A stretch of DNA of 64,000 nt, taken from NCBI GenBank assembly GCA_010909165.1, contig VJWM01000172.1:124001-188000 (forward strand), written 5' to 3'. Source of the stretch: Anthoceros angustus. Its lineage: Eukaryota; Plantae; Anthocerotophyta. The notes beneath the pieces were generated by a model that was not told the DNA's origin, ran no database searches, and was given only the letters and a program-made list of their open reading frames with translations. The position numbers and the translations under genes were made by a program. Shown here piece after piece: positions 35,709 through 49,590 of the stretch (positions are counted from its first letter, which is position 1; every line of letters begins with the position of its first letter).

Positions 35709-36079
35709 CAAGACAGGTAGCCCAGCCCAGCTCAGCGAAGCAGACAGCGGCTCCTTTCCCTCAGCACAGCGGCAGACAGTGGGCAGAAGGAGGCGGCAAG
35801 CTCCCAAGATGCGAGAGCAGCACGGGGACTCAAATTCCTTCCGCACCGAATTCAGCGGGCTGTAGAGCGGAAGACAGCAGGCGGGAGGGAACAGCGCCAG
35901 GGGCCAGGGCAGGGTCAGCAGGGAGGCGTTGCTGCGTCTGCTGAGCAAGGAATCTGTTGAGGCCTTCTGCTGGCCCTGTCGCTATGTCTCGGGCTCCTCT
36001 GATGAGTGGCAACAGCTTGTGTGTTTTGCGTGCGCGTGGCAAGAAGTGTCTCTCAGGGTGAAGACGTCCTACGCCACGG

Positions 36080-38040
36080 AAAGCCCTGTACATGTGTATG
36101 CGAGAAGTCGTGAAGTGGAAGATGCATGCCAGGTTTTCATTCTGTGAGATTCAGTAGTGATGGAGTAGTTAGTGGTGAGCTGCCTGGGTTCAATCCATCC
36201 TAGCCATTCTGTGAGATTCTGAGTGTTAGTGGTACTGTTCAATCCATCCAGTCGAGCATGCCAGTCGAGCATGACGCGCTTGTTGTGTATGAACAACTGG
36301 CTTGCCGGGGATGTGTTTGTCAGCAACTAGTTGGCTTGTGGACATACTGTACATGGAAAATGTGGGAGTTTGAAGGATGCCCGGTGAGTGTTAGCACAGC
36401 ACGGCCACCTGCGCCATGCCATGGAATGCCCTGATATCTGTGTATGCGAAATGACGTGAACCTGAGGGCTTGAGGCAGGACCGGAAATGGGAGTCGTGAC
36501 GGCTGCAAATTGAGTAAGTTCACCTTTTGTAGCTGGCCTCTGAGTGCGTGCAGTTGCTGCGGATTTGTCAGGGTTGGGTTTTCTGGACAGCGTGGCCATG
36601 AAAGGATGAGTGGACATGGGCTGCCGTTCTTGGACAGGCTCTTTATTTGAAATGGTCTGATGTACTGAAGGATGGTCTGCATTGAAGCTGATGGCATTCT
36701 GTTGCCGATCTGCTGATCCATTCGTGGTAGGCGGACGAGTTTGGGATGAGTGGATCTGGATAGCTGTGTGTGTGTGGGGGCTGTGTCTTGATGGTGGCTT
36801 GTGGGTATGCCAACCTCGTGTGTGCAGGATTGGGAATGGCCTCCGTGACTGCTGGAACTCTGTGAGCCTGTTATGTCAGGAGAGGAAGCCCTCTGTTACG
36901 TCCTTTTGGCTGACCCTGTTACTTTTGCTTAGATTGTATTGGGCGTCGTGATGGCTGGGATTGTAGAATGTTATGTCGGCAGGGGATGCTTTCTGAGGCC
37001 GTTGGAGCTGCCCTGGATTCTATGGCGCAGATAGACCTTGCTGTTTCACAGCCTCTGGTTCATAATGCGCACGAAAGTGTCCGTCTGTAAGAAGGATTCA
37101 TTTGTGGAGCGACGAGTACATTGATCTCAGTGTCCATTTGGGGTGCAGTGGAATATTCCATCTGGAATGCTATGAGAGCTGGGTATGCCGAGCACGGGCT
37201 TGCTCGAACATGAAGCGCTAGTTGTGTGTGGACGACTGGAGCCGGAGGGCCTCATTTTCGCTGACCATGTTACTTTGCTGTGCTTGAAAAGGCTGGTGCA
37301 CAGCACTGGTGCCTTTGAGAAGAGCATGGAGGTGCACACGCTGATTGCCCAAACACTGACTGCAGGGTATCAAAGGTGGGCAGCTGCCTGCGGATATGTG
37401 TGCCCAAGCAAAATGTTGCAAACTGAAGGATGCATGCCAGTTTTTCACATCATGGCCACAAATGATGTGGTGACATGGAATGTCGTGATGGCAGGTTATG
37501 CAAAATGTGATGAACTGAGAGAGGCACGCCAGGTTTTTGACAGCATGAACTCGAAGAATGAGGTGACATGGAATGCCTGATAGCTGGGTACGCTGGGTAC
37601 GCTGGACAAGGGCTCGGACAGGAGTACCTTGTTCTGGAGGGAGGGCTGATCCTAGATGCTCATGCCTTTTCACTTGCCTCCTGAAGGCTAGTGCAAGTAC
37701 TGGGGCCTTAAAGAAGGATAGGCAGCTGCACTCACTGGTTGACGAAAGAGGACTGCTGGGTAACGTGGTGTTGGGCAGATGGACGAAGAATTTCAATTTG
37801 CCGTACCAACCTGCGGCAGAGGTAACAACCCATCCGCCCCTGCGACAGCATGACTCGGCACATCAGCAGAGCAGGGCTCCTCGTCAGCGGGACTTTTGGG
37901 AGGTCTGGCTCCAGTGCCATACAACCGGAAATTCCAACAGAGAAATCCCGGAAATTTCCCCACAAACCCAACCCTGACAATGCTGTCAGCAGCTAGGTGC
38001 AAGCACACCATGATCTCACCTTGAAGCCCCAGGCTGGGCG
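36080..38040 (+). pseudogene. PLS-PPR pseudogene
   Basis: Same motifs and shared lesions. Confidence 0.85.
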
Positions 38041-38866
38041 TCCAATCTGTGCATGAAGCTGGGCGACCCAGCATGCGAATACGCAAGTGGCACACAAATA
38101 TCTGATTCATCATCAGAGAAAGTCCATGTCACCACATGTTGTCGAGGAAGCCTGCCACGGCAATCACGCTTTGAGCGTTCTTCCTTCTTTCAGGCTGTCA
38201 CACTTTGCATATACTAGTAGCCAACACCGTTGCCATGTACAGAAAGCGAGACGAGGAAAGGAGGAAGAAGAGTCCGTTACATATTTGGTGGGTGTCGAAT
38301 TAATGCTGTGCGTGAGGATAAATAGGAAGTCTGGGATTCCAAAGCAAAGGGAATCCAGGCTGAATCTCTCATTCAGCGTCACGTGCTTTCCACAGCGGGA
38401 AAAGACCTACGTCCATCCTCGCTGTTTCAATCCAGAGGGCAAGGAAGAAAGCAGAGTACCTGTGCCAGTCGGGGTTCCTGGCCCTCTTCACCTGCGATTG
38501 GATTGAGAATCGAAGGGTGCTGATCCTCGAGCCGTGCTAGCGACAGTCTGCTTGGAATTGATGTACATGGAATGGATGTGAATTGGTGGGGATCTGGAGT
38601 TGGTGGGGTTCGGAGTTGGTGTGTAGAATCGGTCTCCATTTCGTGGGATTCTGCGGTTGGTGTGTAAAATGTGTCTGAATTCGTGGGATTCCGATGTGGG
38701 TATTGTGAATTGGTGGGCTGGTGTTGAAGTGTTGGGTTGTTGAATTGGCCTCAATTCGTGGGATTCGAAGTTGCGCTGAGCTTGTGATGGAATGGGAACG
38801 GGTCTTCCTGCATGCAAGACTGCCCACAACAGAATGGATTGGGGAGAAGGCGGTAGGACATGCAGC

Positions 38867-39298
38867 ATGAAGGAGCAACACAGCAAAATGGGCAGAGAGG
38901 AAGGTGGGCTCCCACAACACAAGGGTTCCAATCCAAGAGCCAGGGAGGCAGCAGAGGGAGGTGCTGGTGGTGTGGAATTACAGCCATGACGTGATCCAGC
39001 TCCCGCCGCTTCATCGATTTGGAGGAGGTTAGGCAGCGCACCTGCGTGATCGTGACGCAGGGGCGGGATGGGAGCCAGGGGTATGGAGATGGGTTCGAGT
39101 TCCTTGTGCCGCCTTTCGGTGCGGAGGAGGTGGATCCGACCGGGGCCGGGGATTCGTTGGTGGCGGGATTCTGCACCGGGTTGCAGCACGGGCTGGAGGT
39201 GGGGAAGGCTGTGTTGACGGGGAAGTACTTCGGGCTCTGGCAGTGGGGCAGGTCAGGTGCCCACCTTCTCGACGCTGCAGGTGCAGATGCAGCTTCAG
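38867..39298 (+). pseudogene. MIK: MIK deletion copy
   Basis: Same deletion junction. Confidence 0.88.
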
Positions 39299-40264
39299 GC
39301 AAGTTGGACTATGGCTTTCTTCTTTTCTTGCTGCTGGGTGTGCGTTGGGTGGAGGTTGATTGGTTGGAGGGTTTGTGTGTTGTTGCTCAGATGCTGGATG
39401 TGTGCTTGATGATGTGCAGGGGTGGGGTTGCAACGGTCTGAGGCAGGGGATGTGCATGATCCTTGAGTCCAATGCTGTGTTGGGTATTAACGATGGCTGC
39501 ACTCGTGGGCTGGGAGCAGGGAGTGTGTGCTCGCCGTAGCCCTCCTCGGCAGGAGAATGGCTGCCGAGAGCATGCTGGTGCAGCAGGGAAGGTGATGAAG
39601 ATGGAGGAGCAGGTGCTGGGGTTAGGGCAACGGACGGACGTCCATGGTTGCACTGAATGAATGTGGCAATGCTGCAGTATGTGTGCTCGGGCTTGAGACC
39701 TGAGAGAGAGCTGCTGGGGCCCTGTGATGAGATGGGCTCGAGGATGGTGTGCTCATCTGTTGTCGGAGAAGAACCTTGTGCTTTCATAACAGCAGATAAG
39801 GATAAGGTGCCTGTCTGATTTGATAAGGGTCATGCTCGTGTTTTCGATCCTCTCCTTCTCTGAAGGTGTGTGTTCTGATGGGGATTGGCTGTAACAGGTT
39901 GCCGCCTCGAACAGAGAGTCAGAGTGAAGTGGAAGGACACAGTTCCTGGTGGTAGTGTGAGATGGCGTGCTAGAGGTAGAGGCAGAAGATGTTTGGTCCT
40001 TCATATCTATTTCGACAACCATTTTCCTGGAGGATGGTCCGTAAGGAAATAGATGTGATTGGTTGGGTCTTGCTCAACTAGCCATGTTTGGCAAATCGTG
40101 GAGACTTATTGCTTGCTTATGAGACAAGCCTCTTGTTGTCAGTGACTGTCATCCGGTTGGATGAATAGACTTCGTTCTCAATTGGTTTTATTTGGCAAAT
40201 TTGTGCACATTGTTTGTCCATAGGTCAAAGTTCACATCAAATAGTCAAAAGCTTGCATCGAAAT

Positions 40265-41111
40265 CTATGAATTATCCAAATCTATCACTAAGTGATAGCC
40301 TAGAGAGTCAGCTATGCAAACTATTGCCGAACCTTGAGCAAATGTTAATGGAAACCTGGATATCTTCCATGCTCCATTCTGCCTTTGATGTTGCGAAAGG
40401 GCACGAAATTTATCGTCGTGAACATGGGCAGAAAGGATTTTGTACATATCTACGATGGCTCTAACTTGGTCATCAATGGATTGCCAACCTGCGGAGGTCT
40501 TGATACACTGAAACAACTTAGCATCTGCAGATAGAAAATATTGCCACCAACTAGCTCTGGTACTTCTATCCTTGGTGTCTCCATACTTCACCTTCAAGTG
40601 CTCTTCAAAGGCTCGAAAACGCCTCTCATGTTGTTGACGCTTTTTGCCGCTAAGAGATCGAATTCGAGATCCCGAATTCTTCGTTCACAGAGAAATAGCC
40701 AGCTCCTTAGCCCTCAAGCTTCAATGGCCTGCTCCTTAGCTTCAATGGCCTGCTCCTTAGCTTCAATGGCCTGCTCCTTAGCTTCAATGGCCTGCTGCAA
40801 GGCTTGCTCCCTAGCCATCGAGGCTTGCTCCCTAGCCTTGAGACCTCCTCCTAGCCCTCGAGACCTCCTCCTAGCCCTCGAGACCTGGATGGTTTCTTCA
40901 TGCAGCGTCTTGACTGAATCAATGAGCATCTGTTGCCTCTCGGCGTCCTTCTCTGTCCTCAACAGGGTCAACAAAGGGTCCATATTGGAGCTCTAACACT
41001 GAAAGCCTTGACATGCCTATCCCGAGCCCGAGCATAAGGTCTTCTTGGCATACTCAAGCCCATGAGTGATCCAGAAGCAGAGCCGCTAATCGGCACCAGC
41101 AATGCCGCCAT
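40265..41111 (-). pseudogene. Coiled-coil gene copy with 1-bp indels
   Basis: Full length; three KEQAIEA units. Confidence 0.7.
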
Positions 41112-41196
41112 AGATAAAAGACGCCCGCAATCCTCAACCAGCAAAGGCTTCCCGATTCTCCACTACCTCTCACCCCGCAGGCTGAAGAGCAAAGCC

Positions 41197-41311
41197 CTCC
41201 TCAATTCGTCTCTCAAACAGGGCGCAGCCAGGACAGCTCCCTCAATTCGTCTCTCAAACAGGGCGCAGCCAAGGACAGCTCCCTCCAATTCGTCTCTCAA
41301 ATGGGGCGCAG
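41197..41311. repeat. 42-bp VNTR, 3 units
   Basis: Same unit. Confidence 0.88.
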
Positions 41312-41687
41312 GCAAGACAGGTAGCCCAGCCCAGCTCGGCAGAAACAGACAGCGGCTCCTTTCCCTCAGCACAGCGGCAGACAGTGGGCAGAAGGAGGCG
41401 GCAAGCTCCCAAGATGCGAGAGCAGCACGGGGACTCAAATTCCCTTCCGCACCGAATTCAGCGGGCTGTGTGAAACGGAAGACAGCAGCGGGAGGAACAG
41501 CGCCAGGGGCCAGGGCAGGGTCAGCAGGGAGGCGTTGCTGCGTCTGCTGAGCAAGGAATCTGTTGAGGCCTTCTGCTGGCCCTGTCGCTATGTCTCAGGC
41601 TCCTCTGATGAGTGGCAACAGCTTGTGTGTTTTGCGTGCGCGTGGCAAGAAGTATCTCTCGGGTGAAGACGTCCTACGCCACGGAAA

Positions 41688-43940
41688 GCCCTGTACATGT
41701 GTATGCGAGAAGTCGTGAAGTGGAAGATGCATGCCAGGTTTTCATTCTGTGAGATTCGGTAGTGATGGAGTAGTTAGTGGTAGGAGCTGCCTGGGTTCAA
41801 TCCATCCTAGCCATTCTGTGAGTACTGCCAGTCGAGCATGACGCGCTTGTTGTGTATGAACAACTGGCTTGCCAGGGATGTGTTTGTCAGCAACTAGTTG
41901 GCTTGTGGACATACTGTACATGGAAAATGTGGGAGTTTGAAGGATGCCCGGTGAGTGTTAGCACAGCACGGCCACCTGCGCCATGCCATGGAATGCCCTG
42001 ATATCTGTGTATGCGAAATGACGTGAACCTGAGGGCTTGAGGCAGGACCGGAAATGGGAGTCGTGAAGTGGAAGATGCATGCCAGGTTTTCATTCTGTGA
42101 GATTCGGTAGTGATGGAGTAGTTAGTGGTAGGAGCTGCCTGGGTTCAATCCATCCTAGCCATTCTGTGAGTACTGCCAGTCGAGCATGACGCGCTTGTTG
42201 TGTATGAACAACTGGCTTGCCGGGGATGTGTTTGTCAGCAACTAGTTGGCTTGTGGACATACTGTACATGGAAAATGTGGGAGTTTGAAGGATGCCCGGT
42301 GAGTGTTAGCACAGCCACCTGCGCCATGCCATGGAATGCCCTGATATCTGTGTATGCGAAATGACGTGAACCTGAGGGCTTGAGGCAGGACCGGAAATGG
42401 GAGTCGTGACGGCTGCAAATTGAGTAAGTTCACCTTTTTGTAGCTGGCCTCTGAGTGCGTGCAGTTGCTGCGGATTTGTCAGGGTTGGGTTTTCTGGACA
42501 GCGTGGCCATGAAAGGATGAGTGGATATGGGCTGCCGTTCTTGGACAGGCTCTTTATTTGAAATGGTCTGATGGACTGAAGGATGGTCTGCATTGAAGCT
42601 GATGGCATTCTGTTGCCGATCTGCTGATCCATTCGTGGTAGGCGGACGAGTTTGGGATGAGTGGATCTGGATAGCTGTGTGTGGGGGAGCTGTGTCTTGA
42701 TGGTGGCTTGTGGGTATGCCAACCTCGTGTGTGCAGGATTGGGAATGGCCTCCGTGACTGCTGGAACTCTGTGAGCCTGTTATGTCAGGAGAGGAAGCCC
42801 TCTGTTACGTCCTTTGGCTGACCCTGTTACTTTTGCTTAGATTGTATTGGGCGTCGTGATGGCTGGGATTGTAGAATGTTATGTCGGCAGGGGATGCTTT
42901 CTGAGGCCGTTGGAGCTGCCCTGGATTCTATGGCGCAGATAGACCTTGCTGTTTCACAGCCTCTGGTTCATAATGCGCACGAAAGTGTCCGTCTGTAAGA
43001 AGGATTCATTTGTGGCGCGACGAATTGATCTCAGTGTCCATTTGGGGTGCAGTGGAATATTCCATCTGGAATGCTATGAGAGCTGGGTATGCCGAGCACG
43101 GGCTTGCTCGAACATGAAGCGCTAGTTGTGTGTGGACGACTGGAGCCGGAGGGCCTCATTTTCGCTGACCATGTTACTTTGCTGTGCTTGAAAAGGCTGG
43201 TGCACAGCACTGGTGCCTTTGAGAAGAGCATGGAGGTGCACGCTGATTGCCCAAACACTGACTGCAGGGTATCAAAGGTGGGCAGCTGCCTGCGGATATG
43301 TGTGCCCAAGCAAAATGTTGCAAACTGAAGGATGCATGCCAGTTTTTCACATCATGGCCACAAATGATGTGGTGACATGGAATGTCGTGATAGCAGGTTA
43401 TGCAAAATGTGATGAACTGAGAGAGGCACGCCAGGTTTTTGACAGCATGAACTCGAAGAATGAGGTGACATGGAATGCCTGATAGCTGGGTACGCTGGGT
43501 ACGCTGGACAAGGCTCGGACAGGAGTACCTTGTTCTGGAGGAGGGCTGATCCTAGATGCTCATGCCTTTTCACTTGCCTCCTGAAGGCTAGTGCAAGTAC
43601 TGGGGCCTTAAAGAAGGATAGGCAGCTGCACTCACTGGTTGACGAAAGAGGACTGCTGGGTAACGTGGTGTTGGGCAGATGGACGAAGAATTTCAATTTG
43701 CCGTACCAACCTGCGGCAGAGGTAACAACCATCCGCCCCTGCGACAGCATGACTCAGCACATCAGCAGAGCAGGCTCCTCGTCAGCGGGACTTTTGGGAG
43801 GTCTGGCTCCAGTGCCATACAACCGGAAATTCCAACAGAGAAATCCCGGAAATTTCCCACACAACCCAACCCTGACAATGCTGTCAGCAGCTAGTGCAAG
43901 CACACCATGATCTCACCTTGAAGCCCCAGGCTGGGCGTCC
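41688..43940 (+). pseudogene. PLS-PPR pseudogene with a 348-bp internal tandem duplication
   Basis: Junction AGTCGTGA at 42059-42066 (source 41711-41718). Confidence 0.85.
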
Positions 43941-44763
43941 AATCTGTGCATGAAGCTGGGCGACCCAGCATGCGAATACGCAAGTGGCACACAAATATCT
44001 GATTCATCATCAGAGAAAGTCCATGTCACCACATGTTGTCGAGGAAGCCTGCCACGGCAATCACGCTTTGAGCGTTCTTCCTTCTTTCAGGCTGTCACAC
44101 TTTGCATATACTAGTAGCCAACACCGTTGCCATGTACAGAAAGCGAGACGAGGAAAGGAGGAAGAAGAGTCCGTTACATATTTGGTGGGTGTCGAATTAA
44201 TGCTGTGCGTGAGGATAAATAGGAAGTCTGGGATTCCAAAGCAAAGGGAATCCAGGCTGAATCTCTCATTCAGCGTCACGTGCTTTCCACAGCGGGAAAA
44301 GACCTACGTCCATCCTCGCTGTTTCAATCCAGAGGGCAAGGAAGAAAGCAGAGTACCTGTGCCAGTCAGGGTTCCCTGGCCCTCTTCACCTGCGATTGGA
44401 TTGAGAATCGAAGGTGCTGATCCCTCGAGCCGTGCTAGCGACAGTCTGCTTGGAATTGATGTACATGGAATGGATGTGAATTGGTGGGGATCTGGAGTTG
44501 GTGGGGTTCCGGAGTTGGTGTGTAGAATCGGTCTCCATTTCGTGATTCTGCGGTTGGTGTGTAAAATGTGTCTGAATTCGTGGGATTCCGATGTGGGTAT
44601 TGTGAATTGGTGGGCTGGTGTTGAAGTGTTGGGTTGTTGAATTGGCCTCAATTCGTAGGATTCAAGTTGCGCTGAGCTTGTGATGGAATGGGGAACGGGT
44701 CTTCCTGCATGCAAGACTGCCCACAACAGAATGGATTGGGGAGAAGGCGGTAGGACATGCAGC

Positions 44764-45192
44764 ATGAAGGAGCAACACAGCAAAATGGGCAGAGAGGAAG
44801 GTGGGCTCCCACAACACAAGGGTTCCAATCCAAGAGCCAGGGAGGCAGCAGAGGGAGGTGCTGGTGGTGTGGAATTACGGCCATGACGTGATCCAGCTCC
44901 CGGCGCTTCATCGATTTGGAGGAGGTTAGGCAGCGCACCTGCGTGATCGTGACGCGGGGCGGGATGGGAACCAGGGTATGGAGATGGGTTCGAGTTGCTT
45001 GTGCCGCCTTTCGGTGCGGAGGAGGTGGATCCGACCGGGGCCGGGATTCGTTGGTGGCGGGATTCTGCACCGGGTTGCAGCACGGGCTGGAGGTGGGGAA
45101 GGCTGTGTTGACGGGGAAGTACTTCGGCTCTGGCAGTGGGGCAGGTCGGGTGCCCACCTTCTCGACGCTGCAGGGTGCAGATGCAGCTTCAG
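44764..45192 (+). pseudogene. MIK: MIK deletion copy
   Basis: Same deletion junction. Confidence 0.88.
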
Positions 45193-46158
45193 GCAAGTTG
45201 GACTATGGCTTTCTTCTTTCTTGCTGCTGGGTGTGCGTTGGGTGGAGGTTGATTGGTTGGAGGGTTTGTGTGTTGTTGCTCAGATGCTGGATGTGTGCTT
45301 GATGATGTGCAGGGGTGGGGTTGCAACGGTCTGAGGCAGGGGATGTACATGATCCTTGAGTCCAATGCTGTGTTGGGTATTAACGATGGCTGCACTCGTG
45401 GGCTGGGAGCAGGGGTGTGCTCGCCGTAGCCCTCCTCGGCAGGAGAATGGCTGCCGAGAGCATGCTGGTGCAGCAGGAAGGTGATGAAGATGGAGGAGCA
45501 GGTGCTGGGGTTAGGCAACGGACGGACGTCCATGGTTGCACTGAATGAATGTGGCAATGCTGCAGTATGTGTGCTCGGGCTTGAGACCTGAGAGAGAGCT
45601 GCTGGGGCCCTGTGATGAGATGGGCTCGAGGATGGTGTGCTCATCTGTTGTCGGAGAAGAACCTTGTGCTTTCATAACAGCAGATAAGGATAAGGTGCCT
45701 GTCTGATTTGATAAGGGTCATGCTCGTGTTTTCGATCCTCTCCTTCTCTGAAGGTGTGTGTTCTGATGGGGATTGGCTGTAACAGGTTGCCGCCTCGAAC
45801 AGAGAGAGTCAGAGTGAAGTGGAAGGACACAGTTCCTGGTGGTAGTGTGAGATGGCGTGCTAGAGGTAGAGGCAGAAGATGTTTGGTCCTTCATATCTAT
45901 TTCGACAACCATTTTCCTGGAGGGATGGTCCGTAAGGAAATAGATGTGATTGGTTGGGTCTTGCTCAACTAGCCATGTTTGGCAAATCGTGGAGACTTAT
46001 TGCTTGCTTATGAGACAAGCCTCTTGTTGTCAGTGACTGTCATCCGGTTGGATGAATAGACTTCGTTTCTCAATTGGTTTTATTTGGCAAATTTGTGCAC
46101 ATTGTTTGTCCATAGGTCAAAGTTCACATCCAAATAGTCAAAAAGCTTGCATCGAAAT

Positions 46159-47009
46159 CTATGAATTATCCAAATCTATCACTAAGTGATAGCCTAGAGA
46201 GTCAGCTATGCAAACTATTGCCGAACCTTGAGCAAATGTTAATGGAAACCTGGATATCTTCCATGCTCCATTCTGCCTTTGATGTTGCGAAAGGGCACGA
46301 AATTTATCGTCGTGAACATGGGCAGAAAGGATTTTGTACATATCTACGATGGCTCTAACTTGGTCATCAATGGATTGCCAACCTGCGGAGGTCTTGATAC
46401 ACTGAAACAACTTAGCATCTGCAGATAGAAAATATTGCCACCAACTAGCTCTGGTACTTCTATCCTTGGTGTCTCCATACTTCACCTTCAAGTGCTCTTC
46501 AAAGAGCTCGAAAACGCCTCTCATGTTGTTGACGCTTTTTGCCGCTAAGAGATCGAATTCGAGATCCGAATTCTTCGTTCACAGAGAGAAATAGCCAGCT
46601 CCTTAGCCTCGAAGCTTCAATGGCCTGCTCCTTAGCTTCAATGGCCTGCTCCTTAGCTTCAATGGCCTGCTCCTTAGCTTCAATGGCCTGCTGCAAGGCT
46701 TGCTCCTAGCCATCGAGGCTTGCTCCCTAGCCCTTGAGACCTCCTCCTAGCCCTCGAGACCTCCTCCCTAGCCCTCGAGACCTGGATGGTTTCTTCATGC
46801 AGCGTCTTGACTGAATCAATGAGCATCTGTTGCCTCTCGGCGTCCTTCTCTGTCCTCAACAGGGTCAACAAAGGGTCCATATTGGAAGCTCTAACACTGA
46901 AAGCCTTGACATGCCTATCCTGAGCCCGAGCATAAGGTCTTCTTGGCATACTCAAGCCCATGAGTGATCCAGAAGCAGAGCCGCTAATCGGCACCAGCAA
47001 TGCCGCCAT
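46159..47009 (-). pseudogene. Coiled-coil gene copy with 1-bp indels
   Basis: Full length; three KEQAIEA units. Confidence 0.7.
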
Positions 47010-47094
47010 AGATAAAAGACGCCCGCAATCCTCAACCAGCAAAGGCTTCCGATTCTCCACTACCTCTCACCCCGCGAGCTGAAGAGCAAAGCCC

Positions 47095-47251
47095 TCCCTC
47101 CAATTCGTCTCTCAAACAGGGCGCAGCCAAGGACAGCTCCCTCAATTCGTCTCTCAAACAGGGCGCAGCCAGGACAGCTCCCTCCAATTCGTCTCTCAAA
47201 CAGGGCGCAGCCAGGACAGCTCCTCAATTCGTCTCTCAAATAGGGCGCAGG
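47095..47251. repeat. 42-bp VNTR, 4 units
   Basis: Same unit. Confidence 0.88.
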
Positions 47252-47629
47252 CAAGACAGGTAGCCCAGCCCAGCTCGGCGAAGCAGACAGCGGCTCCTTT
47301 CCCTCAGCACAGCGGCAGACAGTGGGCAGAAGGAGGCGGCAAGCTCCCAAGATGCGAGAGCAGCACGGGGACTCAAATTCCCTTCCGCACCGAATTCAGC
47401 GGAGCTGTATGTAGAGCGGAAGACAGCGGGCAGGAGGGAACAGCGCCAGGGGCCAGGGCAGGGTCAGCAGGAGGCGTTGCTGCGTCTGCTGAGCAAGGAA
47501 TCTGTTGAGGCCTTCTGCTGGCCCTGTCGCTATGTCTCGGCTCCTCTGATGAGTGGCAACAGCTTGTGTGTTTTGCGTGCGCGTGGCAAGAAGTGTCTCT
47601 CGGGTGAAGACGTCCTACGCCACGGAAAG

Positions 47630-49590
47630 CCCTGTACATGTGTATGCGAAGTCGTGAAGTGGAAGATGCATGCCAGGTTTTCATTCTGTGAGATTCGGTA
47701 GTGATGGAGTAGTTAGTGGTAGGAGCTGCCTGGGTAGCCATTCTGTGAGATTCGGTAGTGATGGAGTGGTAGGAGCTGCCTGGGTTCAATCCATCCTAGC
47801 CATTCTGTGAGTACTGCCAGTCGAGCATGACGCGCTTGTTGTGTATGAACAACTGGCTTGCCGGGGATGTGTTTGTCAGCAACTAGTTGGCTTGTGGACA
47901 TACTGTACATGGAAAATGTGGGAGTTTGAAGGATGCCGGTGAGTGTTAGCACAGCACTGGCCACCTGCGCCATGCCATGGAATGCCCTGATATCTGTGTA
48001 TGCGAAATGACGTGAACCTGAGGGCTTGAGGCAGGACCGGAAATGGGAGTCGTGACGGCTGCAAATTGAGTAAGTTCACCTTTTGTAGCTGGCCTCTGAG
48101 TGCGTGCACTTGCTGCGGATTTGTCAGGGTTGGGTTTTCTGGACAGCGTGGCCATGAAAGGATGAGTGGACATGGGCTGCCGTTCTTGGACAGGCTCTTT
48201 ATTTGAAATGGTCTGATGTACTGAAGGATGGTCTGCATTGAAGCTGATGGCATTCTGTTGCCGATCTGCTGATCCATTCGTGGTAGGCGGACGAGTTTGG
48301 GATGAGTGGATCTGGATAGCTGTGTGTGTGTGGGGGCTGTGTCTTGATGGTGGCTTGTGGGTATGCCAACCTCGTGTGTGCAGGATTGGGAATGGCCTCC
48401 GTGACTGCTGGAACTCTGTGAGCCTGTTATGTCAGGAGAGGAAGCCCTCTGTTACGTCCTTTGGCTGACCCTGTTACTTTTGCTTAGATTGTATTGGGCG
48501 TCGTGATGGCTGGGATTGTAGAATGTTATGTCGGCAGGGGATGCTTTCTGAGGCCGTTGGAGCTGCCCTGGATTCTATGGCGCAGATAGACCTTGCTGTT
48601 TCACAGCCTCTGGTTCATAATGCGCACGAAAGTGTCCGTCTGTAAGAAGGATTCATTTGTGGAGCGACGAGTACATTGATCTCAGTGTCCATTTGGGGTG
48701 CAGTGGAATATTCCATCTGGAATGCTATGAGAGCTGGGTATGCCGAGCACGGGCTTGCTCGAACATGAAGCGCTAGTTGTGTGTGGACGACTGGAGCCGG
48801 AGGGCCTCATTTTCGCTGACCATGTTACTTTTGCTTGAAAAGGCTGGTGCACAGCACTGGTGCCTTTGAGAAGAGCATGGAGGTGCACACGCTGATTGCC
48901 CAAACACCACTGCAGGGTATCAAAGGTGGGCAGCTGCCTGCGGATATGTGTGCCCAAGCAAAATGTTGCAAACTGAAGGATGCATGCCAGTTTTTCACAT
49001 CATGGCCACAAATGATGTGGTGACATGGAATGTCGTGATAGCGGGTTATGCAAAATGTGATGAACTGAGAGAGGCACGCCAGGTTTTGACAGCATGAACT
49101 CGAAGAATGAGGTGACATGGAATGCCAATAGCTGGGTACGCTGGGTACGCTGGACAAGGGCTCGGACAGGAGTACCTTGTTCTGGAGGAGGGCTGATCCT
49201 AGATGCTCATGCCTTTCACTTGCCTCCTGAAGGCTAGTGCAAGTACTGGGGCCTTAAAGAAGGATAGGCAGCTGCACTCACTGGTTGACGAAAGAGGACT
49301 GCTGGGTAACGTGGTGTTGGGCAGATGGACGAAGAATTTCAATTTGCCGTACCAACCTGCGGCAGAGGTAACAACCCATCCGCCCTGCGACAGCATGACT
49401 CAGCACATCAGCAGAGCGAGCTCCTCGTCAGCGGGACTTTTGGGAGGTCTGGCTCCAGTGCCATACAACCGGAAATTCCAACAGAGAAATCCCCGGAAAT
49501 TTCCCACACAAACCCAACCCTGACAATGCTGTCAGCAGCTAGGTGCAAGCACACCATGATCTCACCTTGAAGCCCCAGGCTGGGCGTCCA
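47630..49590 (+). pseudogene. PLS-PPR pseudogene
   Basis: Same motifs. Confidence 0.85.
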
